Assembly (NCBI RefSeq): GCF_964213995.1
Contig: NW_027590144.1
Span: 1,240,001-1,297,000 of the forward strand
Origin: Mustelus asterias
Lineage: Eukaryota
DNA length: 57,000 nucleotides
Reading direction: 5' to 3'
Positions 13,456 to 24,910 of this stretch are shown here, in pieces. A program made the position numbers and the translations under genes. The notes below the pieces were generated by a model that did no database searches, had not been told where the DNA came from, and saw only the letters and a program-made list of their open reading frames with translations. Within the stretch, counting starts at the first letter, position 1. Every line of letters starts with the position of its first letter.

Positions 13456-15135
13456 TTGGGCATACATGTCAAGTCCATGGTCAACTTGTCCGACTACACA
13501 CTTCAACCAGATGAAATCGAAGTTCTCAGCCGAGGGCTTAATTTTTGCCCCACCACCAAAATAGACCCCATCAGTCTCGCAGCAGACACAGAGGAATTCA
13601 TCAGGCGAATGAGGCTGTGGGAGTTCTTCCACAAACCCCTAGAGGCCAACAGCGAACACAATGAGACAGCCAATGAACCGGAACAGCCGACGGAGAGATC
13701 TGCAGAGCATCCGAAGAGGAAAGAGTCGAATGGGACTCCTCCGGAAGGCCGCTGCCCTCGACTTGACATGTATGCCCAAGCCGTCAGGAGGTGCGTCAAC
13801 ACCAAATTCATCAGCCGCACTCACAAAACAGCACCGAACATCACCCAACCACAACGCAACGCCATCCACGCTCTCAAGACCAACCGCAACATTGTCATCA
13901 AACCAGCAGACAAAGGAGGGGCCATCGTCATTTTGAACAGAACGGATTACTGCAAAGAAGTGTACCGACAACTAAACAACGAGGGACACTACAGACCTGC
14001 AGATCCGACCAAAGAACACACCTGTCAACTCAACACTCTGATCAAGACCTTTGATCCGGACCTTCAGAGCACCCTCCGTGCTCTCATCCCACGTACTCCC
14101 CGCGTTGGAGATCTCTACTGCCTCCCGAAGATACACAAGGCAAACACACCCGGCCGTCCCATTGTATCGGGCAATGGGACCCTGTGCGAGATCCTCTCCG
14201 GCTATGTCGAGGGCATCCTGAAACCCATTGTACAAAGAACACCCAGCTTTTGTCGCGACACTACGGACTTCCTACAGAAACTCGGCACACATGGAGCAGT
14301 TGAACCAGGAGCACTCCTCGTCACAATGGATGTCTCGGCACTCTACACCAGCATCCCCCATGACGATGGCATTGCTGCAACGGCCTCAGTGCTCAGCGCC
14401 AACAACTGCCAGTTTCCAGATGCAATTTTACATCTCACCCGCTTCATCCTGGACCACAATATCTTCACTTTCAACAACCATTTCTTCATCCAGACACACG
14501 GAACAGCCATGGGGACCACATTCGCACCTCAATATGCCAACATCTTCATGCACAGGTTCGAACAAGACCTCTTCACCGCACGGGACCTTCAACCGATGCT
14601 ATACACTAGATACATCGATGACATTTTCTTCCTTTGGACTCATGGTGAACAATCACTGAAACAACTCTATGATGACATCAACAAGTTCCATCCCACCATC
14701 AGACTCACCATGGACTACTCTCCGGAATCGGTTGCATTATTGGACACACGCATCTCCATTAAGGACGGTCACCTCCGCAACTCACTGTACCGCAAGCCCA
14801 CGGATAACCTCACGATGCTCCACTTCTCCCGCTTCCACCCTGAACACGTTAAAGAAGCCATCCCCGACGGACAAGCCCTCCGTATAAACAGGATCTGCTC
14901 GGATGAGGAGGATCGCAACAGACACCTCCAGACGCTGAAAGATGCCCTCATAAGAACAGGATATGGCGCTCGACTCATTGATCAGCAGTTCCAAAGCGCC
15001 ACAGTCAAAAACCGCACCGACCTCCTCAGAAGACAAACACGGGACACAGTGGACAGAGTGCCCTTCGTCGTCCAGTACTTCCCCGGAGCGGAAAAGCTAC
15101 GGCATCTCCTCCGGAGCCTTCAACATAGAACATAG
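13456..15135 (+). CDS. Penelope-like reverse transcriptase (partial; 559-aa open frame ending in the CR1 insert)
   Basis: PLE RT motifs as above; the first ~7 codons derive from the rearranged 5' junction. Confidence 0.85.
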   Translation: MGIHVKSMVNLSDYTLQPDEIEVLSRGLNFCPTTKIDPISLAADTEEFIRRMRLWEFFHKPLEANSEHNETANEPEQPTERSAEHPKRKESNGTPPEGRCPRLDMYAQAVRRCVNTKFISRTHKTAPNITQPQRNAIHALKTNRNIVIKPADKGGAIVILNRTDYCKEVYRQLNNEGHYRPADPTKEHTCQLNTLIKTFDPDLQSTLRALIPRTPRVGDLYCLPKIHKANTPGRPIVSGNGTLCEILSGYVEGILKPIVQRTPSFCRDTTDFLQKLGTHGAVEPGALLVTMDVSALYTSIPHDDGIAATASVLSANNCQFPDAILHLTRFILDHNIFTFNNHFFIQTHGTAMGTTFAPQYANIFMHRFEQDLFTARDLQPMLYTRYIDDIFFLWTHGEQSLKQLYDDINKFHPTIRLTMDYSPESVALLDTRISIKDGHLRNSLYRKPTDNLTMLHFSRFHPEHVKEAIPDGQALRINRICSDEEDRNRHLQTLKDALIRTGYGARLIDQQFQSATVKNRTDLLRRQTRDTVDRVPFVVQYFPGAEKLRHLLRSLQHRT

Positions 15136-15364
15136 AACAGTACAGCACAGAACAGGCCCTTCGGCCCACGATGTTGTGCCGAGCTTTATCTGAAACCAAG
15201 ATCAAGCTATCCCACTCCCTATCATCCTGGTGTGCTCCATGTGCCTATCCAATAACCGCTTAAATGTTCCTAAAGTGTCTGACTCCACTATCACTGCAGG
15301 CAGTCCATTCCACACCCCAACCACTCTCTGCGTAAATAACTTACGTCTGATATCCTTCCTATAG
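15124..15364 (-). mobile_element. CR1 3' fragment nested in the Penelope-like element
   Basis: Tail CATAGAACATAGAACAG; reverse ORF remnant RKLFTQRVVGVWNGLP. The host sequence CTTCAACAT|GTCATTGATG is restored on removal (compare 17895-17920). Confidence 0.9.
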
Positions 15365-16140
15365 CATGTCATTGATGAAGACGAACATCTCGCCAAGGCC
15401 ATCTCCACACCCCCACTTCTTGCCTTCAAACAACCGCAGAACCTCAAACAGACCATTGTCCACAGCAAACTACCCAGCCTTCAGGAGAACAGTGACCACG
15501 ACACCACAGAACCCTGCCACAGCAACCTCTGCAAGACGTGCCGGATCATCGACACAGATGCCATCATCTCACGTGAGAACACCATCCACCAGGTACACGG
15601 TAAATACTCTTGCAACTCGGCCAACCTTGTCTACCTGATACGCTGCAGGAAAGCGTGTCCCGACGCATGGTACACTGGGGAAACTATGCAGACGCTGCGA
15701 CAACGGATGAATGACAACCGCTCGACAATCACCAGGCAAGACTGTTCTCTTCCTGTTGGGGAGCACTTCAGCGGTCACGGGCATTCGGCCTCTGATATTC
15801 CGGTAAGCGTTCTTCAAGGCGGCCTTCACGACACGACGGCGCAGAGTCGCTGAGCAGGAACTGATAGCCAAGTTCCGCACACCCGAGGACGGCCTCAACC
15901 GGGATCTTGGGTTCATGTCACACTATTTGTCACTCCCACAGCTTGCCTGGACCTGCAGAGTTTCACTGGCTGTCTTGTCTGGAGACAATACACATCTTTT
16001 TCGCCTGTCTTGATGCTCTCTCCACTCACGTTGTTTGTATCTTAAAGACTTGATTAGCTGTAAGTATTCGCATTCCAACCATTATTCATGTAAATTGAGT
16101 CTGTGTCTTTATATGCTCTGTTTGTGAACAGAATTCCCAC

Positions 16141-16177
16141 TCACCTGAAGAAGGGCTTGGAGCTCCGAAAGCTTGTG
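16141..16177 (+). ncRNA. Minimal type I hammerhead-ribozyme motif in the PLE 3' repeat
   Basis: TCAC-CTGAAGA-stem II-GAAA-GCTT-GTG, matching the CUGANGA/GAAA core; PLEs are known to carry minimal hammerheads. Confidence 0.65.
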
Positions 16178-16295
16178 TGGCTTTTGCTCCCAAATAAAAC
16201 TGTTGGACTTTAACCTGGTGTTGTTAAACTTCTTACCCTATCAGATTAGAAGCAGCGAAATATTTTAGAGAGTGTTTACTGTCCAAACAGGAACC

Positions 16296-16771
16296 ATGTG
16301 TTCCCTGTGTTCTTTGCTGATAATAATGGTTATGCTGCCCGGTGAGTCTGAGCTCAAATCCTCAGTGTGTGTTTCACGGGTTACATTAACTCACAGATTT
16401 CTCACACATTCTATATGTTGTTACAGGAAGCAATGGCCAAGATTCAGTTTCCCAGGGGCCGCCTGAATTAACGGTTCAGGGAGGACAGGCGGTCATACTG
16501 AACTGCAGTTACGCAACAAAATATACAGGCAGTATTCTCTTCTGGTACATCCAGTATCCCTGGAAAGCTCCGAAGTATTTACTGAGGAGTTCAGGCAAAG
16601 GGAAGGGGGATTAGTCTCCCGATTTTCTTGACTGGTTTTCTGCTGATTTGGAGCAAGACAAGAAAACGGTTCCGTTAACTATCACCCGGGTCTGTGTCTC
16701 TGACTCTGCCGTGTATCACGGTGCGCTGATCCCCACACTGTACAGAGGCACAGTCAGTCCGTACAAAAACC
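16296..16771 (+). pseudogene. TCR V segment pseudogene (V5): leader 16296-16341, V exon 16427-16733, RSS (22-nt spacer) 16734-16771
   Basis: Leader MCSLCSLLIIMVMLP + GTGAGT donor. Exon QDSVSQGPPELTVQGGQAVILNCSY...FWYIQYPWKAPKYLL...D*...SDSAVYHGALI has a stop and has lost the second Cys. RSS is CACACTG-22-ACAAAAACC. Confidence 0.92.
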
Positions 16772-17179
16772 AGCAAAGGAACTCTCACCTCCTCTCACTG
16801 CATCAGATCTGTGACCTGGATTGTGAACTGTTAATTTAACAGGAACACATTTAAAAAGGCCAACTTGATGGAATGATTTATTTCTGCAGGACGGAATGTG
16901 TGTCGCTCTTTATAAAATCCGTCATTCCAGTAGTTTACCAGGTCTCCGAGTAGGTCTTGAACCGGGAAGCTCTGGTGTTGTTATTGAACATGAACTGTTA
17001 TCCATAAGTGATCCATCACAAAGATTAACTCTGATAAAGAAACAAAATTGCTTTTAATACCAATCATTACTATTCTCTATCACAGACACGTAATTTCTTC
17101 AAGAAGGGTGATGCTAGATTGATGGGTTTTAACGCAAATAAGGAATATGGCGGTGTTGCAGGAAAGTGGATATGAGGTA

Positions 17180-18730
17180 TTCAACGCCGGCAACTGCCAA
17201 TCTCCAGATGCAATTCTACAGCTCATCTGCTTCATTCTGGACCACAACGTCTTCACCTTCAACAACCAGTTGTTCATCCAGACACACGGAACAGCCATGC
17301 GGACCAAATTCGCATCTCAATATGCCAACATCTTCATGCACAGGTTCGAACAAGACCTCTTTACCGCACAGGGCCTTCAACCGACGCTATACAGTAGATA
17401 CATCAATGATATTTTCTTCCTTTGGACTCATGGCGAACAATCACTGAAGCAACTACATGGTGACATCAACAAATTGCATCCCACCATTACCATAGACTAC
17501 TCTCCGAAATCGGTTGCATTCTTGGACACATGCATCTCAATTAAGGACGGTCACCTCGGCACTTCACTGTACCGCAAGCCCACGGATAGCTTCACGATGC
17601 TCCACTTCTCCAGCTTCCACCCTAAAGATGTTAAAGAAGCTACCCCCTACGGACAAGCCCTCTATATACACATCTGCTCAGATGAGGAGGATCGCAATAG
17701 ACACCGATAGACGCCGAAAGACGCCGTCATAGGAACAAGATATGGCGCTCGACTCATCGATCGACAGTTCTAATGCGCCACAGCGGAAAACCGCACCGGC
17801 CTCCTCAGATAACAAGCACCGGACATGGCGGACAGAGTACCCTTCGTCGCCAAGTACTACCCCGGAGCGGAGAAGCTACGACATCTTATCCGGAGCCTTC
17901 AACATGTCATCAATGAAGACGAACGTCTCGCCAAGGCCATCCCCACACCCCACTTCTTGCCTTCAAACAACCGCACAACTTGAAACAGACCATTGTCCGC
18001 ACCAATCTACCCAGCCTTCAGGAGAACAGTGACCAGGACACCACACAACCCTGCCACAGCAACCTCTGCAAGATGTGCCGGATCATCGACACAGATGCCA
18101 CCATGTCACGTGAGAACACCATCCACCTTGCAACTCGGCCAACGTTGCCCACCTGATAGGCTGCAGGAAAAGATGCCCCGAGGCATGGTACATTGAGGAG
18201 ACAATGCAGACGCTCCGACAACAGATGAATGAACACCGCTCGACAATCACCAGACAGGGGTGTTCTCTTCCTGTCGGGGAACACTTCAGCAGTCACGGGC
18301 ATTCAGCCTCTCATCTTTCGGGTAAGCGTTCTCCAAGACGGCCTTCACAACACACGACAACGCAGAATCGCTGAGCAAAACTGATAGCCAAGCTCCGCAC
18401 ATATGAGGATGGCCTCAACCGGGATCTTGGGTTCATGTCACGCTATCTGTAACCCCTATGACTTACCTGGGCTTACAGAATCTCACGAACTGTCCTGGCT
18501 GGAGACAATGCACACCTCTTTAACCTGTGTTTAACCCTCTCTCCACTCACATTATCTGTACATTTAAGACTTGATTATCTGTAAAGACTCGCATTCCAAC
18601 CATTATCTTTTAAATTGAGTTTGTGTGCAGATATGCCCTGTTTGTGAACACAGTTCCTCTCTCACCTGGAGAAGGAGGGACACTCCGAAAGCTTGTGCTA
18701 CCAAATAAACCTGTTGGACTTTAACTTGGC
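17180..18730 (+). mobile_element. Penelope-like element fragment (same family as 13362-16236), degraded
   Basis: ORF 17147-17710 is clearly homologous to the RT (GTAM, RYINDIF); frameshifted GIY-YIG remnant; 3' pLTR with mutated hammerhead core CTGGAGA...GAAA. Confidence 0.9.
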
Positions 18731-18988
18731 GTTCAGATCCAGCATCAGCTCTGTGAACATATTAAATGTTACCTTTGCAGAAATCGTCACAGCTGCAGAG
18801 CTCTTAACATGGCAAGTTCCTAAATTGAATAAGTTTCACTTTGCTTGCGATACGGGTTTGGAAATCACCCATTTATCTGTGTTTCCACTGTTTGCAAACT
18901 ATTCCGTTAACTTGATAACGTTGACATTTTTTAAAAACTATATTTCTAATTAATTGTAGGTGTTATTGATGCATATGCCATCTCACAG

Positions 18989-19308
18989 GAAGCGTTTTAT
19001 GACAACGTTTGAAGGAGATTCGGTAATGAATGATTTCAGCAATCCAACCACAGCTAATTCATATTGCTTACAGCTGCACTGTCAGGACCAGGAAAAAGCT
19101 CCCACATTCTTGATCCATATCCCTAAATATGGCGATGTTTTCAGACCAGACCAGAGGGAGTGGGGACTCAATTTTCTGCATCTATGGCCACCTCGAAAAG
19201 TGAAGGGAATTTCATCATCCATGAGCTGCGGCTGTCTGACAGTACGGTGTACTACTGCGGACTGAGAGACACAGTGAATGAAATCAGAGGAAAAATTGAA
19301 CAGATACA
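18989..19308 (+). pseudogene. TCR V segment pseudogene (V6), degraded, with 23-RSS 19270-19308
   Basis: EGDSV...QDQEKAPTFLI (frameshift) TQFSASMATSKSEGNFIIHELRLSDSTVYYCGLRD; RSS is CACAGTG-23-ACAGATACA. Confidence 0.85.
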
Positions 19309-20193
19309 CTGCCGCAGTGTGACACAGGGAGTAGAGAGTCAAAAGGAACGGGTGGCGGGAGTACGGGCCGGGGAGGGGGGGGGGAGGCGAGGGCGGGGGG
19401 GGGGGGGGTAGTGGGGGGCGGCGAAGGAGGGGGGGCGGGTGAGGTGTTGGGGGGGTGGTGCTGGGACTGTGGGCTGAGTAACTGGAATTTCTACATCTAT
19501 CAGCGAATTGTTCTGATTTGAAAGAAATACAAAACATTAACAAGCCTTGTGTAACAGATGCAGCATTGACGAATGTTTCCTCTGTTCCATTTACAACGAG
19601 TACATGAATGCAAAGATGTGTTTGAAGAATTGTTACTACTTGGCAAATTGGAGATTTTTGACATCATTGCTGTGCTAAAGATTTGTCATTGTGTTCCAGA
19701 TGCTAGCGTAGGTGCGTGCAACGGATAAATGTCGCAGTATGTAAATAACACCGAGGGAACTGCAGGAAAAGGAACATACTTTTTTAGACATAATGACTTC
19801 TCTGGTGAGTTCCGATTTCCCAAAACTTCTGGAGATTTTAGCAAACTTTCTGAAGCTCTTTTCAATCCAGCTTCTCTACTTAGCCCATTTTCATATAATC
19901 TGTTCCAGTGCTTAGGCCATACCAATTATTCCGTTTTAAATCATTTACTCTATTAATCGTTGTTTATCAGCTCCTAATCATGACTGGAATTATCTTTTTG
20001 GACTCCTTATGTTAATTATTCTCAGTTTGTAAGTGAATGTAAATGAGAGGTGTTTAGTTACAGTTAGTTATTGGGATTTGTCTCAGTTGGCAGGCTTCAG
20101 TTTGCACTATTGAATGATACTTCGCTTGTATTCTCAATGTTAGTGCCGATGTTATAAACGGCACCCAGCAGCTGTGACCCAGAAACCTGCGAC

Positions 20194-20232
20194 AGTTTTT
20201 GTACGAGGATTTCACTCATTTTCATCACTGTG
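20194..20232 (-). promoter_or_regulatory. 23-spacer recombination signal sequence of V7
   Basis: CACAGTG-23 nt-ACAAAAACT on the reverse strand. Confidence 0.95.
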
Positions 20233-21280
20233 AGACGCTGTGCACAGTAATAGACCGCGGTGTCAGACAGCAGCAACTCCGAGATGGTCAATCGGTACAA
20301 CTTTTCTGACTTCTGGATTGTATCAGAAAATCGGGTCTGGGCGAAATCCGCCTTCAATTCATCACCGCCGCCCGTATGCCTCCGGACTGCAAACACGAGC
20401 TGCCTGCCTGGGTATTGACGGTACCAGAATAAATAATATGCATCGTCGGTATAGGTGCAGCTTAAAGTGACATCTTTTCCCTCTGTCTGTGTGAGTGAGG
20501 ATTCCCGCTGAGTAACAGAATCTCCATCGCTCAGATCTGGAACAAACGGTAACAGAAAAAACATTCAGCTGAACTGAGGGTGAAAATTCGCTTTTATGTG
20601 ACATAAAAATAGGCTTTAAATAATATCACGTTCGCGTCAACTGATCTACATTCCCGTTCAGAATCCGCAGAAAAATCCGCCATCCCACCTCATCTCAAAT
20701 GCCTCTGTCCCTTTCCCCCTCAGCGGCTAATCTAGTTCCCCGCCCCCCCCTCCCCCCCCCCGCCCCCCCCAACTGTGTCTTTTCTCCTCTCTTCAAGTGT
20801 TCATTGTGTTAATGTGAGCCACTTTCTACAGAACTCCCTCGAAAGGAGATTCGTTGTAATTTCCAGTTGATCTTTTCGTTTCACTCAGATTTATGGGACA
20901 TCGATTTGGAATCCTCCCCGAGTGGAATCATCCTTTCCACATCCACCGTATTGAACCTCTTCATCATTGTAAATACATCAATCAGGTTACTCTTTAATCT
21001 TCTGCCAGAAGATAAATTAACCATAATGTTTAGATTGCATTCTGATAGATGCCATCTCCCAATTCCGGTATCAGGCCTGCTGTGCGTTTTGCCAACCGAT
21101 ATTCCTGTAAGGAAAAGCCAAGAGCAAAGACTCAAGTGCTCTATGGCAGGCTCGATGTCTGATTAACTGGAGCGCCCTGCTTTTCAAATTTATTCCTCTA
21201 GAAGTTACACTCCTTTTTAAAGTGTTAAACCTACCGACAATGAATGTCACCCAGATCACAGTGAGGACCGAGCGCCGCAT
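20233..21280 (-). CDS. Intact TCR alpha/delta-type V gene segment (V7): leader exon 21235-21280, V exon 20233-20536
   Basis: Leader MRRSVLTVIWVTFIV, phase-1 GT..AG intron, then DLSDGDSVTQRESSLTQTEGKDVTLSCTY...FWYRQYPG...DTAVYYCAQR. Both Cys and the Trp are present, there are no stops, and the RSS is consensus. Confidence 0.92.
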
Positions 21281-21434
21281 TTCTGCTGCTCCTGGATTCC
21301 AGGGACGTCTTGTGTGTCCGTAAGCTGAGAATATCGAACAAGATAAGGGTGACACCATTGGCTGAGGCTGGTCTGACCTCACTTCCGACAGGACGTATGG
21401 CAGGAAGAGCTGAAATCACTGGATCTGATTGGTC

Positions 21435-21442
21435 TGACGTCA
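21435..21442. promoter_or_regulatory. CRE palindrome upstream of the V7 leader
   Basis: TGACGTCA ~155 bp upstream of the ATG; related TGATGTCA at 9296-9303 and 9339-9346 upstream of V3. CRE-like motifs are known in TCR V promoters. Confidence 0.5.
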
Positions 21443-22739
21443 TTGACTTAAACACAATTGTTGATTACACAGAACTGAGACATTGACGATACACTCTGCT
21501 GTTCAGAGCGAGACGAGTGAACACTGCTGGGTTGATCCTAATTGAGCTAAGAGACATTTTTACCTTCAATTGACCAGAAATAAATCGCTTTGAAGAAGGA
21601 AATGCAAGTGTTGAATGTGGATGAAGATGTTCCAAGTATTTGAGTCTCTGTCATTAATCAGACTGAGTTTGAGCTGGGGGTCAATTGGGAAGATGATCTT
21701 AGATTTTTTCTGTGATCGTGACATATCAAACACAGCGGGGAAATACTATGAAAGTGAATAGGTGAAACTTCCAAATTTAGCGAATGTTAAAAAGGCTGGT
21801 TTTATCAAATACACGTTAAAGGGTTGCACCCAATTGCTCAGTTTGAAGTGAGCCTGACATCTAACCCCTCTGTTCGGCGCTGATGGGATCTATCTTGTGG
21901 ATACATTCTCCAGACTCTCTCCTTTTCTGAGGGCTGAAAAAATGTCTCCAAACGTACAAGGCAGGATCTCTGCTGATTTTCACAAAGGAAACAAAACGGT
22001 CCCTTGAAATATCATGGGAGACGTTTTCTCTGATACCGCATTTCTGTGCTACGCAGCCAGCAGAGAAGTAACAGATTCGGGACAAAAATCCCATACTGAG
22101 AGTTCCAGACAGGGCTCCCATTGCTAAACAAAATCAAAAACTCCACCTCCAAAGTCAGAGTCACCGGCAGTCTCAAAACAAAAACGACGTCAGGAACACT
22201 TGCGGAATTGTATTAGTTAACTCCAGCGTACAGTTATACTGAGAGCAACCCTCATAAATCTACTTCATTACTCCAATGTACTTTTTTCCTTTCGATGTGG
22301 TTTCCGTGATTCTAACATTGAACAAACTTCTCTCCATATCCCCTCCCAGTTTTCTGGAGCCTTTGACCGCGGCCTGCGTACACTGTTTATTTAACTGTGT
22401 GCGCAGGCCGCCAGAGGATGTGTAAAGCTTGTCCTCATTACCTACAATTCAATACCAGCCGGCTAGGAAAATCTTTGTGTCACTTCTATTCATAAAATAA
22501 ATGAACATAGTGCTTAAATGATTACAGTGCAATAATTCAGAAAGCAGCACTCAAAGTGGGTTTTGCATTCACATTTTCACATCCTGTCCCACATCAGACG
22601 CACCTTCTCTCACTCGCTCTGGCCTCTGACCAATATCAGGCTCCAATCCTTTTACATGCGGATGTTTCTGTAATGATTATTGACCACTTTATCTTCTTCA
22701 AAACATTGAAGCAAATTGTGTTCAAGCATTTAAATTATC

Positions 22740-22997
22740 AGTGCACACAGTGCAGAAGAGGCTATTTGGCCCATCAAGTCTGCACCCTCCGCAATCCCAC
22801 AGAGACCATTTCCCCATAACCCCATCTATATATCCTACAAGTCCCCCGAACACTAAGGGGCAATTTAGTATGGCCAATCAACCTAACTTTGGACTGTGGG
22901 AGGAAACCGGAGCACGCAGACGAGAACGTGCAAACTCCACACAGGCAGTGACCAGAGGCTCAGGCGCTGTGAGGCAGCAGTGCCACCGTGCCGCCCA
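22740..22997 (-). mobile_element. HE1/V-SINE-type SINE (internally deleted)
   Basis: GGCACGGTGGCACTGCTGCCTCACAGCG head and the conserved core on the reverse strand. Confidence 0.8.
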
Positions 22998-23500
22998 TTG
23001 GTGCCTATTCTGAGAAGTGTTCCGAAGGCGATGGACAGAAGGGGAGAGAATCTTTGGTTATTCATTGACCTCGCCTGATAGTTTCCTTTTGTGGCTCAGT
23101 GGAGATTTGCCGGACTGATTTAAGATGCCGCGCGAAAAATTGGGTTCTGAATCGTTAAACTAAATATTGGAAGAAAGTAAAGCAATTACAGGTGAAAAGT
23201 GGAAACTGGAGGTGGGAAGGAACAGAGTGGGAAAATAAATTGAAAGGAACAAGGACAATTAACAAGTAACCAATTAAGGCTCCACAAATGTACTTGTGGA
23301 GTCTACTTTTAATATGTTGCGAATTTAAATCGTAAAGTAATATAGTTCTACGAGTGGATCTCGCGATCTATTGTTGTGCTTTGTATTATTTGCAGGTTGA
23401 GAAATATCCCTCTGGCTCTCACACTGCTGAGTGAATTATTGCTGCTCTTCACCAGCGTGAGAGCGCCCTCTGCTGCGTAGTTACTGGAATTGTCGCTGTG

Positions 23501-23685
23501 GGATTTTGACAGGGACCCGCGACATCTCTGGAGCAGTGTGGGGACTCATGGCACTGAAATACACAGCTGTGTCGGAGATCAGGACTTTGCTAATCGTTAA
23601 CTCGGTAATCTTGGTAGTTTTACTAAACTTTGATCTCAACATTAGGGCTTGCAGTTTGTTATCCCTCCAAAGTGATAAAGCATGA
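23501..23685 (-). pseudogene. 3' relic of a TCR V segment (V8) with RSS (24-nt spacer), 5' part lost at the CR1 junction
   Basis: Reverse frame KTTKITELTISKVLISDTAVYFSAMS, then CACACTG-24-TCAAAATCC. Confidence 0.75.
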
Positions 23686-24910
23686 GCGAGATGGATACTG
23701 AGCGAGAGCCTGGTGTCCTCGTGCGTCAGTCGCTGAAAGTAAACGTGCAGTTACAGCAGGCAGTAAAGAAGAAAAATGATATGCTAGCCTTCATAGCAAG
23801 AGCATTTGAGCATAGGAATAGGGATGTTTTGCTGCAATTCTATCGGGCATTTTTGGGGCCGCACCTGGAGTATTGTGTGCAGCGTTGACGTCCTTATACG
23901 AGAAAGGACGTCCTTGCTATAGAGGGAGTGCAGAGAAGGTTTACCAGGCTGTTGCTTGGGATGTTAGGTTTGTCATTTCAGTAGAGAATAAATCAGTTAG
24001 GATCATATTCATTGGAGTTCGAAAGAGTGAGAGGAGATCTCATTGAAACTGATACAATTCTAAGAGGATTACAAAGACACATAGAAGCTAGAAGCAGCAA
24101 TAAGCTATTCGGCCCATCGAGCCTGCTCCGCCATTCATTTTGATCATCAAACTTAATATGCTGATTCCCCCTTCCTCTCGTACGCTTTGATCCCTTTAGT
24201 CCCAAGAGCTATATCTAATTTCTTCTTGAAATCAGAAAACGTTTTGGCCTCAAATACATTCTGTGGTAGTGAATTCTATACATTCACCACTTTCTGAGCG
24301 AAGAAATTTCTTCCCACCTCAGTTCTAACAGGCTTACCCCTTTTCCTCAAACTATGACCCCTATTTCTGGACTCCCCCATCACTGGGAGCATACTTTCTG
24401 AATCTACCCTGCCTAACCCTGTTAGAATTTTATAAGTTTATATGAGATCCCCTCCAACTCTTCTAAACTCCAGTGAATACAATCCTAACCGATTTAGTCT
24501 CTCTTCATATGATAAACCTGCCATCCCAGGAATCAGCCTGTTAAACCTTTGCTGTGCTCCCTCTCTAGGATTAGACAGAATAGATTCTGAAAGAATTTTC
24601 CCGATGATGGGGGAGTCCAGAACTAAGTGTCGCAGTTTCAGGGTAAGGGTTAAACCTTTTGGGACTGAGGTGAGCAGAGATTTCTTCACCCAGAGAGTGG
24701 GGAATGTATGGAATTCACTACCACAGGAAAGTAGTTGAGGCCAAAACGTTGTGTGATTTTATGAAGAAACTAGATGTCGCTCTTTAGGCTAAAGGGATCA
24801 AGGGATATAGATGGAGGGCAGGATCAGGATTTTGTATTTTTTAATCAACTATGATCAAAATGAATGGCGGAGCAGGTTAAAAGGACCGAATGGCCTACAC
24901 TTGCTTCTCC
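23686..24910 (+). mobile_element. CR1 3' fragment containing a nested antisense CR1 fragment (~24072-24566)
   Basis: Sense CR1 remnant (DVLLQFYRA..PHLEYCVQ) resumes after an antisense CR1 piece; AGGATTA occurs at both ends of the nested piece. Confidence 0.85.

Larger units (their letters stand above)
13362..16236 (+). mobile_element. Penelope-like element (Neptune-like: RT + Cys-rich linker + GIY-YIG endonuclease), 5'-truncated, interrupted by a CR1 fragment
   Basis: ORF 13456-15135 has PADKGG, LPKIHK...PGRPIVS, DVSALYTSI, GTAMG and RYIDDIF. After the insert come CHSNLCKTC and VYLIRC...WYTGET..LRQRM (GIY-YIG). The 3' pLTR carries a CTGAAGA...GAAA motif. Confidence 0.93.
22410..24910. repeat. 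Segmental duplication arm A (inverted copy at ~54110-56823)
   Basis: Continuous reverse-complement similarity, including unique sequence; matching ORF-track peptides (MSEMDT(E/Q)REPGV..., MNNQRFSPLL..., MKKSLLTSVP...) occur on opposite strands. Confidence 0.95.

Noticed and set aside
20097-20564. 155-aa ORF as a single-exon protein
   Set aside because: It starts in the intron and reads through the RSS; the real unit is the spliced leader plus V exon
23541-23610. Possible J segment on the + strand (…TLLIVNS then GTAAT, preceded by nonamer/heptamer-like motifs)
   Set aside because: There is no FGxG motif and the splice phase is wrong; the reverse strand reads as a V 3' end (DTAVYF) with its own RSS, which explains the motifs
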